Virus record (IMG/VR): IMGVR_UViG_3300020470_001965
Length of the DNA stretch: 64,000 bases
Direction: 5' to 3' (one strand)
Source of the DNA: a virus
The notes below the pieces were generated by a model. It was given only the letters and a program-made list of their open reading frames with translations. It was not told where the DNA came from and ran no database searches. The translations under genes and the position numbers were made by a program. Below, piece after piece: positions 29,690-37,277 of this stretch (position 1 is the stretch's first letter; every line of letters begins with the position of its first letter).

Positions 29690-30271
29690 ATGACACTAAC
29701 AACAGACCTTGACCGCCTCACCACTTGGACAATCAAAGAAACCAACAGGTATCTAAGTGAGTTCACCATTTATGGAAAGACTCTTCAGGATTATAAGGAC
29801 ACAATGTCCACTGCTGATTTCACCAAGTTCTTTCAATATATTGTCAATGACATAATTGAAGAGGGTATCAAACAACTCGGTATCGATGGCAGGAGAGAGG
29901 AAGTTAGTGGGTATGATTATGTCTTTAGTGATACTAAAGTAGAGTTCAAACTACTTGGTGGCACTGAGAAGGCATCATTCGCAACTGGTAACAAGACCAG
30001 TCACTTCGGTGGTGCTAAGACCAACATAGTGTGGGCAATCAAGTATACTTTCAATAACAATCAGATTGATTCATTTGGGTCTGTAGTTATTGATACAAAC
30101 TTGACTGAATCTAACGTTTGGAAGTCATCTTCAGGACGTAAAGATTCATTCTCTACATTGAAACTATTAAACAATGAAGAGGACTGCATACTATCACAAT
30201 TAGGGATAGTAAAACCTGCACAAAAGTATCTACATTTCATCCCATTACCAACTGACACTCTAGTCGCTTGA
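29690..30271 (+). CDS. Putative PD-(D/E)XK endonuclease
   Basis: GYDYVFSDTKVEFKL gives a D-x7-E-x-K arrangement, preceded by an acidic helix (DIIEE); lies between two MTases. Confidence 0.5.
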   Translation: MTLTTDLDRLTTWTIKETNRYLSEFTIYGKTLQDYKDTMSTADFTKFFQYIVNDIIEEGIKQLGIDGRREEVSGYDYVFSDTKVEFKLLGGTEKASFATGNKTSHFGGAKTNIVWAIKYTFNNNQIDSFGSVVIDTNLTESNVWKSSSGRKDSFSTLKLLNNEEDCILSQLGIVKPAQKYLHFIPLPTDTLVA

Positions 30272-30314
30272 CAAATTGTAGAGGATATGGTTATAATGAC
30301 TGTATCCTCTTTTT
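30268..30314 (+). promoter_or_regulatory. sigma70 promoter TTGACA-N18-TATAAT overlapping a terminator-like hairpin
   Basis: TTGACA 30268, TATAAT 30292; hairpin AGAGGATATGGTTA/TGACTGTATCCTCT (30280-30310) followed by TTTT. Confidence 0.7.
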
Positions 30315-30322
30315 AATGTTCA

Positions 30323-31171
30323 ATGTTAGATATTGATAAGACTTATCATCTTAACTGTATTGCTGGCATGGAGAAACTTGATGAGGATTGTATTGATTTG
30401 GTGGTAACATCTCCACCTTATGATCAATTAAGGACATATAATGATAGCAGCAAATGGTCAATGGACATATTCTATTCTGTGGCAGCACAGTTAAATAGAG
30501 TCTTAAAACCTGGTGGTGTTATTATGTGGAATGTGAATGATGCTACTGTTGACGGTAGTGAGACAGGCACAAGTTTCAGGCAAGCATTACATTTTAAGGA
30601 TGTATGTGGGTTAAGGTTACATGATACCATGATATATGAAAAGACTGGTATAGCATTTGCTAGCGGTCCAAAGAGTGTTAGATATAGTCAGGCATTTGAG
30701 TATTGTTTCATATTATCTAAGGGTAAACCTAAGACAACAAATATTATATGTGACAAACCAAATAAGTGGGCAGGATCTACATCATGGGGCAAAGCACGTA
30801 GTAGAAAGAAGACAGGTGAATTAGATATTAGAGAGAATAAGACTAATCCAATCAAGGAATTTGGTGCTAGAAATAATATCTGGAGAATCAAGAACTGCGG
30901 TGGATTTGGTCAATCAAATAAAGAGAGTTACAAGCATCCTGCAACGATGCCTGAAGAGTTGGCACGAGGTCACATTCAAACTTGGACAAATGAAGGTGAT
31001 TTAGTATTAGATCCTTTCATGGGTAGTGGCACAACTGCACAAGTAAGTTTAGAGGAGAAGAGACATTTTATAGGGTTTGAGATTGATGACACATATTATG
31101 ATATGTGTGTAAATAGAGTGAGACCAATGCAAGACAATCTTCTTACTAGATTAAATGACATTAAGACGTAA
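30323..31171 (+). CDS. DNA amino-methyltransferase, beta class (SPPY, likely m4C)
   Basis: VVTSPPYD, RVLKPGG, HPATMP, LDPFMGSGTT, IGFEID. Confidence 0.92.
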   Translation: MLDIDKTYHLNCIAGMEKLDEDCIDLVVTSPPYDQLRTYNDSSKWSMDIFYSVAAQLNRVLKPGGVIMWNVNDATVDGSETGTSFRQALHFKDVCGLRLHDTMIYEKTGIAFASGPKSVRYSQAFEYCFILSKGKPKTTNIICDKPNKWAGSTSWGKARSRKKTGELDIRENKTNPIKEFGARNNIWRIKNCGGFGQSNKESYKHPATMPEELARGHIQTWTNEGDLVLDPFMGSGTTAQVSLEEKRHFIGFEIDDTYYDMCVNRVRPMQDNLLTRLNDIKT

Positions 31172-31358
31172 AGTATGGGTAACACCCATATCACAACAAA
31201 GCAAACTTACATTTGTTCAGTATCTCAATTCAAAGAATATTGTGAGACTAGAGCATAAACGAGAGGATAAGATATTCCTTTCAAGTTTAGATAACCCAGA
31301 TTATTGGTTTTGGATTAATGTAAACAATGACCCAAATTGGGAGTATAAAGAACTATGA
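31155..31358 (+). CDS. hypothetical protein
   Basis: 67 aa, ends YWFWINVNNDPNWEY. Confidence 0.65.
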   Translation: MTLRRKVWVTPISQQSKLTFVQYLNSKNIVRLEHKREDKIFLSSLDNPDYWFWINVNNDPNWEYKEL

Positions 31359-31678
31359 CCAACTCATACTTTAGTAAAACAATGTTAGATACAAACGCTA
31401 GTTACAACGAATCTCCAGACGTAGGTCACAGGAGTATACAAGATCATAGAAATGATATTAATTGTTGTATAGATAACCTGAAGGACATATTGCACGACTA
31501 TGTTGAAAACGAGGTGCTTACACCTGGTGAGTTTGTGTCATGTGTCAAAGACGCACTTAATGACAATATTAGGCATCACAATGACCGACTTAAGTTGCTC
31601 AAAGATGCTGAGTCATTGCTTGTTAATGTACAACAACCAGAGTTACTAAATGAACAAGAAAGGCAAACAAGAGGGTGA
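31355..31678 (+). CDS. hypothetical protein
   Basis: 107 aa, helical. Confidence 0.65.
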   Translation: MTNSYFSKTMLDTNASYNESPDVGHRSIQDHRNDINCCIDNLKDILHDYVENEVLTPGEFVSCVKDALNDNIRHHNDRLKLLKDAESLLVNVQQPELLNEQERQTRG

Positions 31679-31868
31679 TGCAGCATCAGCAGCACTTGAT
31701 AGAATTATTGAATTAAATAATAAACTAGCAGGTGGTGATTTGGGTGTTGATGATATCGAAGATAACATCAGCGATAGAATAAATGCTTCCGAAGATCTCA
31801 AGAAGATATTAGAGAAAGCACGAGAGAATCAACGTAAATCTTATCATCAATGGAGAGCAAGTGACTAG
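31650..31868 (+). CDS. hypothetical protein
   Basis: 72 aa. Confidence 0.55.
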   Translation: MNKKGKQEGDAASAALDRIIELNNKLAGGDLGVDDIEDNISDRINASEDLKKILEKARENQRKSYHQWRASD

Positions 31869-32412
31869 AGTTATAGATGATTATTTCCCTAAATGGTTAG
31901 TTGATATAGTATCCAAAGACACGGAGACTATGCCTGTTAAGTATACGAACTCACCGTATGCTGATTTTGATAAGGCACGATTCTTTGGTTCAATGTTATA
32001 CTTGGACGACAAATTTCAAGATATTCATTATTACTGGTTTTGTGAATATTTCAATCGTTGTGTATACAATGATATTTGCAAAGATGATAACATTGAGCAC
32101 TGCCATCGTATCCTATTAAATGCACAATTACCAGGTATGAATGGGTGTAATCATTGTGATGCAGACTCGGAAGATTATCTCACTGTTATATACATGGCAC
32201 ATGGTAATAGTGGGGATACAGTTATAGTTGATAAAGAGGGAAATGATGTAGAAAGAGTATCATTTAAGGAAGGACGGATGGTTATATTTAATAGCGCAGA
32301 ATACCATAGAGGAGAAGCACCAGAATCAGGGTACAGAGTATCACTTGGTGCAGTATATCCTCTCAAACCTATACAAGAACTGTATTCACCATTTATAACA
32401 CCATTAACATGA
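31861..32412 (+). CDS. 2OG-Fe(II) oxygenase
   Basis: RVIDDYF, NHCD, TVIYM, GDT, GRMVIFN...YHRG, RVSLG. Confidence 0.85.
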   Translation: MTRVIDDYFPKWLVDIVSKDTETMPVKYTNSPYADFDKARFFGSMLYLDDKFQDIHYYWFCEYFNRCVYNDICKDDNIEHCHRILLNAQLPGMNGCNHCDADSEDYLTVIYMAHGNSGDTVIVDKEGNDVERVSFKEGRMVIFNSAEYHRGEAPESGYRVSLGAVYPLKPIQELYSPFITPLT

Positions 32413-32639
32413 AATATAACATGAATGAGCATGAATCAATCGTCATTAATAGGAGAACAACTATTAAAGATTTAATCTCAAATTATATGACATCTGATCT
32501 ATCAGCAGATGAAATATACACTGAGTTCTTATCAGAATTGCAAGATTACGTTAAATATCATGAAATAAGTCAGGAGAAGGCAACACGTTTGCATCTATTG
32601 TTCAGTGGTGCTAAACTACCCTTAGGCAACAGGTTATGA
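32409..32639 (+). CDS. hypothetical protein
   Basis: 76 aa. Confidence 0.6.
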   Translation: MKYNMNEHESIVINRRTTIKDLISNYMTSDLSADEIYTEFLSELQDYVKYHEISQEKATRLHLLFSGAKLPLGNRL

Positions 32640-33050
32640 ATGAGACTGAATCTTAAACAACTGAAATATTTGAGAGGAGTCCTGTCCATAGCAAGGATGT
32701 ATAAACCCTATGAGGATAGAGGGGATGTCAACGCACCTAAGGGCAGTCTGTGGAATGATGACCTGCACGATTTATTCGTGCAAATAGAGGCAGAAATAAG
32801 CAGACGGTTTCCAAAGTGTCCACCATGGTCCCCATACGGTCAGTTTTCTGATATTATAGAAGAGTCAAAGAAATTAAACGAATCCATGACACTGACCAAA
32901 GTCAACCAACTCACTCTCACTGACGATGAATTGAGAGTCGTTGAAGACCTTCTCACCTTTGTTACTGACATCGGTCTTCCATCCGATATCGAGGATAATG
33001 AGGCAGCGTATGATTCATTATTCAACAAAGTATTTGGGGAGTATGAGTAA
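32640..33050 (+). CDS. hypothetical protein (internal early promoter; probable second in-frame start at 32886)
   Basis: 136 aa; see findings. Confidence 0.55.
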   Translation: MRLNLKQLKYLRGVLSIARMYKPYEDRGDVNAPKGSLWNDDLHDLFVQIEAEISRRFPKCPPWSPYGQFSDIIEESKKLNESMTLTKVNQLTLTDDELRVVEDLLTFVTDIGLPSDIEDNEAAYDSLFNKVFGEYE

Positions 33051-33209
33051 ATGAGTTGCTTGCAGAATGAAATGATTCTCGAAAACCTATTTGATGAGGT
33101 GCTCGCAGAATTAGAATCAAAAAACTTTCATCTTCTCTTCACACCTGCTGAAATAGAAGATACCGCTTCCAAAATCGCACAACAACGCTTTGAGGACTTA
33201 TGCCAATGA
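33051..33209 (+). CDS. hypothetical protein, 52 aa (not in track)
   Basis: MSCLQNEMILENLFDEV...QQRFEDLCQ*. Confidence 0.65.
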   Translation: MSCLQNEMILENLFDEVLAELESKNFHLLFTPAEIEDTASKIAQQRFEDLCQ

Positions 33210-33535
33210 CTTTAACACCTCTCGACCTTGAGGACTGCCAACGTAGAAATCATGTTGAGGGATATGTTGAAGACATCTGGATCACATACGATAGTATATG
33301 GGAAGGTGACAAACGCCTTCCCACTTTTGTGATCACTAATAAAGATGACTCAACCTATAAAGTATCACAACGACACAAGATTCAATACAATAATATTGAT
33401 AGATGGGATTATGCACAAGTGGGTGAATTTCCTACAGTTAACGAGTGTAAATACTTTATATTTGATTATATCAATCAAATGGATACTCAACTTCAATTAA
33501 AAGAACATGGCATCAATAACATCAGTAAGTATTAA
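33200..33535 (+). CDS. hypothetical protein (paralogue of next gene)
   Basis: WDY...F.TVNECKYFIFDYIN motif. Confidence 0.65.
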   Translation: MPMTLTPLDLEDCQRRNHVEGYVEDIWITYDSIWEGDKRLPTFVITNKDDSTYKVSQRHKIQYNNIDRWDYAQVGEFPTVNECKYFIFDYINQMDTQLQLKEHGINNISKY

Positions 33536-33887
33536 TTCAGACTATCCATATCATCATGAAAGTGTATTCATTAGTGATGATAATATAGTGGTTGATAGTG
33601 TACAATTACCTGCATATACTATCACAGAAAATAATACTAAATTTGAGATAAATCAACGTCTTCCATGTGTACTTAACAACCCATTAGGTATGAAGAGATA
33701 TTATGAAACTAGGGTAGATAACAAGCATTTGTATAAGTTTGACAGTAAAGATGTGTTATGGACGTATGAAAGAATTGATACATATAATACTATCACTGAG
33801 TGTAAACAATTCATTGAAGGGTATATAAATGAAGAGGTAACGCAACGCATCCTCGCATCACAAGCAGAGAGAAATCAGGACAGTTGA
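33507..33887 (+). CDS. hypothetical protein (paralogue of previous gene)
   Basis: WTY...Y.TITECKQFIEGYIN motif. Confidence 0.65.
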   Translation: MASITSVSINSDYPYHHESVFISDDNIVVDSVQLPAYTITENNTKFEINQRLPCVLNNPLGMKRYYETRVDNKHLYKFDSKDVLWTYERIDTYNTITECKQFIEGYINEEVTQRILASQAERNQDS

Positions 33888-33980
33888 CAAACTGGACTTT
33901 TTTGTGACAAACGCTTAACATTTGACTATATTGTCAAGTGTAGGTCTGTATACTGTAAGGGTAATCACGCATCGTATTGA

Positions 33981-34313
33981 ATGCCAGCAACACGCACCCG
34001 CAGACCTCGCAAGTCAACTGCTAAGAAACCAGTTGCACCCAAGAAACCCACTGCTAAGGTAATCGTGACTGAAACTACTACGACTGTGACACCTGACACA
34101 CCTGTCAGACCTGACACCCTACTAAAATTTGAAGACTATCAAAAAGACTTCAAAATTAGATGGGAAATCCACCTCTATGAGTGGAATGCCTTGATTCAAG
34201 ATTGCAAATGGGTCTATAAGCAATCACGCCCATACGTGCTCAAAGCGTATGAGTATTGCAAAGACTCTTACGACAGAGCATTCAATCAAGACACACCCCA
34301 ACCAGTCAAATAA
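33981..34313 (+). CDS. hypothetical early protein with basic N-terminus
   Basis: MPATRTRRPRKSTAKKP...; TATACT at 33949 upstream. Confidence 0.7.
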   Translation: MPATRTRRPRKSTAKKPVAPKKPTAKVIVTETTTTVTPDTPVRPDTLLKFEDYQKDFKIRWEIHLYEWNALIQDCKWVYKQSRPYVLKAYEYCKDSYDRAFNQDTPQPVK

Positions 34314-34322
34314 GTGTCACAC

Positions 34323-34346
34323 AACCCCTCTCACGAGGGGTTTTTT
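34323..34346 (+). terminator. Rho-independent terminator embedded in the next early promoter
   Basis: AACCCCTC-TCAC-GAGGGGTT then TTTT; the -10 TATACT follows at 34351. Confidence 0.8.
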
Positions 34347-34360
34347 AATGTATACTAATA

Positions 34361-34402
34361 GTATGGGAAACAAACCTAGTCACTCACTGGGTTTTGTTTC
34401 TC
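34361..34402 (+). repeat. 42-nt 5' hairpin repeat, copy 1
   Basis: GTATGGGAAACAAACCTAGTCACTCACTGGGTTTTGTTTCTC; 41/42 identical to 36247-36288. Confidence 0.9.
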
Positions 34403-34424
34403 TCACCCTCTATTTCTTTTCATC

Positions 34425-34613
34425 ATGACTACACAGTATGCATGGGGTGGTGATAACAATTTCACCACAGATGAGTATGAAGAACTCATCACTATGGTAC
34501 ATGATAAAATCAAGAAAGAATATAGTGATGATGAAACTTGCAGATTTTATTCACAACTTCTCGGCAAACTGCTTGTCGCTGCTAATCAAGAAGTTGGAGA
34601 TGTTTCCTTTTAA
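34425..34613 (+). CDS. hypothetical protein
   Basis: 62 aa, downstream of an early promoter. Confidence 0.6.
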   Translation: MTTQYAWGGDNNFTTDEYEELITMVHDKIKKEYSDDETCRFYSQLLGKLLVAANQEVGDVSF

Positions 34614-34615
34614 TT

Positions 34616-34762
34616 ATGACAAAACTCACACGATTAGAGTACGGTGTAGTACTCAAAAGCATCATGAATCAGCGAGTATTTCTTGAAGATAACGAGAAAG
34701 ATTGCATCGATTCATTGTTAGATAAACTCTACAATCAGGAGGTGCTAAATGAAACAAATTGA
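34616..34762 (+). CDS. hypothetical protein, 48 aa (not in track)
   Basis: MTKLTRLEYGVVLKSIMNQR... Confidence 0.5.
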   Translation: MTKLTRLEYGVVLKSIMNQRVFLEDNEKDCIDSLLDKLYNQEVLNETN

Positions 34763-34958
34763 ATTCAGTTGTCGCATCGTTTGTGATGATGACGATGGCA
34801 TAAATGCTTATCATTTATGTGAAGAAATCCAGGCATATTTGAATTCTAATCATCACTTATATGATGAAGATTCTGACGAATATGCTAATGCTAAGGTCAC
34901 AGGATATAAGGTCTTAATTGATAACTATGTCCCTTTCATTGCACAAGATGAGTATTAA
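34749..34958 (+). CDS. hypothetical protein
   Basis: 69 aa, SD AGGAGG upstream. Confidence 0.65.
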   Translation: MKQIEFSCRIVCDDDDGINAYHLCEEIQAYLNSNHHLYDEDSDEYANAKVTGYKVLIDNYVPFIAQDEY

Positions 34959-36192
34959 ACTAAGACCACATCAATCACGTGCTTTGTTATCAATGAAGCA
35001 CCACAATAAAGGTCAAATTGTTGTACCTACTGGTGGTGGTAAAACATTCATTATGATACAAGATCTCATCGCAAATTGTGATGAAGGTGATGATCAAGTG
35101 AATGTAATTGTGGCACCTCGTATTCTATTAGCACAGCAATTATGTGATGATTTTAGATCATTTACTGATGAAATCATCAACCCTTCATTAAACATATTGC
35201 ATGTGCATTCTGGTAGAACACCACATAAATCAACAACAAAATGTGATGAGATAATATCATTTATTGATGAAAATCCATTCAATAAAATGATATTCACCAC
35301 ATATCATAGTTTACATCGAATCGTTGAATCTGGTATCAAAATTGATACAATCTATTTCGATGAAGCACACAACAGCACTGCAAGATCATTCTTTGAAAGT
35401 GTTAGTAAGGTGAGTGAATATGCATCACGTTGTTATTACTTTACAGCAACACCTAGAGTGAGTTATAAACATGAAAGAGGTATGAATAATGCTGAGGTTT
35501 ATGGTACTATTATTGAAAATGTGCCTGCACCTGAGTTAATTAAGGGTGGAAGTATTCTACCACCTACAATCGTACCTTTTGAGCATGATGTACATTATAG
35601 CAAAGAAAATGCACACGTGCATCACTCTGAAACTGTGCAATCTATTCTTGATAGTATAGATGAAACACACGATGCAAAAGTGTTAGTTAGTGTCCCAAGT
35701 TCTAGGGTATTAAATAACATGCTTGGTCGTACATTATTACTCAAAGAGTTAGGAACTCGTGGGTATGATGTATTACATATTACCTCTAAATTTGGTGCTT
35801 ATGTCAACAAAACAAAAGTTAATCGCACGAAGTTCTTTGAAACTCTCAAAGAATGGGGGCAAGAAAGTAACAAGAAATTCGTTATCTTTCATTACTCGAT
35901 CTTATCGGAAGGTATCAATGTTAGTGGACTCACTCATACAATCTTCTTGCGAAATCTTAATGTCATCGAGATGGCACAATCTATCGGTCGTGTTATTAGA
36001 CTTGATAAATCAGATTCCAAGAATATTCAGGCAGGCAATATTCCTGCTGGCGTTGTTAGTTTGTATCGCAAATCCACTGGTTATTGTGTTGTACCTGTTC
36101 ACAAAGATTATGGCACAAAGTGTATTAAAAGATTGAATCGCATTACTAATGATATATTTGTAGAGGGGACGCACACCCATGCGGTGTGCTAG
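34948..36192 (+). CDS. Superfamily 2 (DEAH/ResIII-like) helicase
   Basis: LRPHQ, PTGGGKT (Walker A), FDEAH, TATP, LSEGI, QSIGRVIR. Confidence 0.9.
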   Translation: MSIKLRPHQSRALLSMKHHNKGQIVVPTGGGKTFIMIQDLIANCDEGDDQVNVIVAPRILLAQQLCDDFRSFTDEIINPSLNILHVHSGRTPHKSTTKCDEIISFIDENPFNKMIFTTYHSLHRIVESGIKIDTIYFDEAHNSTARSFFESVSKVSEYASRCYYFTATPRVSYKHERGMNNAEVYGTIIENVPAPELIKGGSILPPTIVPFEHDVHYSKENAHVHHSETVQSILDSIDETHDAKVLVSVPSSRVLNNMLGRTLLLKELGTRGYDVLHITSKFGAYVNKTKVNRTKFFETLKEWGQESNKKFVIFHYSILSEGINVSGLTHTIFLRNLNVIEMAQSIGRVIRLDKSDSKNIQAGNIPAGVVSLYRKSTGYCVVPVHKDYGTKCIKRLNRITNDIFVEGTHTHAVC

Positions 36193-36246
36193 TCCGCAAA
36201 GTGTCCACTAAATGCGGACAACGTGCGGAAATGCCCTATAATACAT

Positions 36247-36288
36247 GTATGAGAAACAAACCTAGTCACTCACTGGGTTTTGTTTCTC
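36247..36288 (+). repeat. 42-nt 5' hairpin repeat, copy 2
   Basis: GTATGAGAAACAAACCTAGTCACTCACTGGGTTTTGTTTCTC, just after the -10 TATAAT (36237-36242). Confidence 0.9.
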
Positions 36289-36312
36289 CCACCCTTTACC
36301 CCACTGACTCAA

Positions 36313-36636
36313 ATGCGTAAAATCGAATCTGAAATGAATTCAGCAATTCGCCAGCGTCGCAACTGGAGCAAAGCAAACACTTCAGTCACAGTAACGGATC
36401 GAGTGGTAAATGTTCATCTACACGGCAACCTAATTGCACGTATTGGTGATACATTCATTCAAATCTTTGACGGTGGTTGGCAATCAGTCACCACAAAATC
36501 AAGACTAAATGCTATTTTGGATGAGGTAAGTTATGGTGCTGGTGTATTCCAACAAAACTGGAATTGGTATCTAAATGATAACAAGTTCGGCACAGTTCCT
36601 TTCTTCTCAGGCATTGAAGTTTCAGCAGATAGTTAA
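36313..36636 (+). CDS. conserved cyanophage early protein
   Basis: MRKIESEMNSAI...WSKANT...HLHGNLIA...GGWQSVTTKSRLNA. Confidence 0.75.
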   Translation: MRKIESEMNSAIRQRRNWSKANTSVTVTDRVVNVHLHGNLIARIGDTFIQIFDGGWQSVTTKSRLNAILDEVSYGAGVFQQNWNWYLNDNKFGTVPFFSGIEVSADS

Positions 36637-36702
36637 CAACTATCACGACCTGATTATGTCGCTAAACTAATCATTTTTCATGTCAAATTGCATCCACTAA
36701 TT

Positions 36703-36819
36703 ATGTCACAGTCTTACAATGTTGCCTCTGTTCGTTATCTAACTGAAGACCTCAGTAAGTGTCAATCAGGCAACGAATTACTCAGAGTTATTGATGCTTG
36801 GATAGCAAACAATAACTAA
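36703..36819 (+). CDS. hypothetical protein, 38 aa (not in track)
   Basis: MSQSYNVASVRYL...GNELLRVIDAW. Confidence 0.5.
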   Translation: MSQSYNVASVRYLTEDLSKCQSGNELLRVIDAWIANNN

Positions 36820-36826
36820 CATTTAT

Positions 36827-36852
36827 GGGGGTGCAATCACACCCCCTATTTT
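36827..36852 (+). terminator. Terminator-like hairpin
   Basis: GGGGGTG-CAATCA-CACCCCC followed by TATTTT. Confidence 0.6.
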
Positions 36853-36872
36853 AATACTTTGCGAGCATAATC

Positions 36873-37061
36873 ATGTCTTTTTCAGTTGCACTCAGTCCAG
36901 CACACTTTCAGGCACTTAAGAATCATTTAGTGGACGAATATGGTTATATGTCAGCATATCTAAATAATCTTACTATTCATCAAGTATGCGAAGAAATTAG
37001 GAATAGAGATGATATTGATTTTATCAAATTACTTGACCAAACTAATCCTTTAATCCCCTAA
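36873..37061 (+). CDS. hypothetical protein
   Basis: 62 aa. Confidence 0.55.
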   Translation: MSFSVALSPAHFQALKNHLVDEYGYMSAYLNNLTIHQVCEEIRNRDDIDFIKLLDQTNPLIP

Positions 37062-37069
37062 ATCTCCAC

Positions 37070-37228
37070 ATGCAAATTAACACAAACTCAATCAAAGATA
37101 CAGTCCACGGTGACACATTGCAACGGATCTATCATTCAGTTACTAACAATCAACCAACTCAAATCATCCGTCCGCAAAGTGTGTACAATCCACCCAGATC
37201 ACGCAACTTGAGTATACTTAATGACTAA
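37070..37228 (+). CDS. hypothetical protein, 52 aa (not in track)
   Basis: MQINTNSIKDTVHG...; contains a copy of the early-promoter motif. Confidence 0.4.
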   Translation: MQINTNSIKDTVHGDTLQRIYHSVTNNQPTQIIRPQSVYNPPRSRNLSILND

Positions 37229-37277
37229 TACATAGTTTACACAGTATTACACAGTACGCGCTAATTTTTTCCACATC

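Noticed and set aside
33921-33937. Inverted repeat TTGAC-TATATT-GTCAA upstream of 33981
   Set aside because: Single short instance, and its spacing to TATACT (33949) does not fit a -35; too little support for an operator call.
34948-36192. Helicase as the R subunit of a type I/III system with the two MTases
   Set aside because: Only about 414 aa with no nuclease domain, about 3.8 kb away under a separate promoter; no S or Mod subunit.
34361-36288. CRISPR mini-array from the 42-nt palindromic repeat
   Set aside because: Only two copies, 1.9 kb apart, separated by genes and each tied to a promoter; no cas genes.
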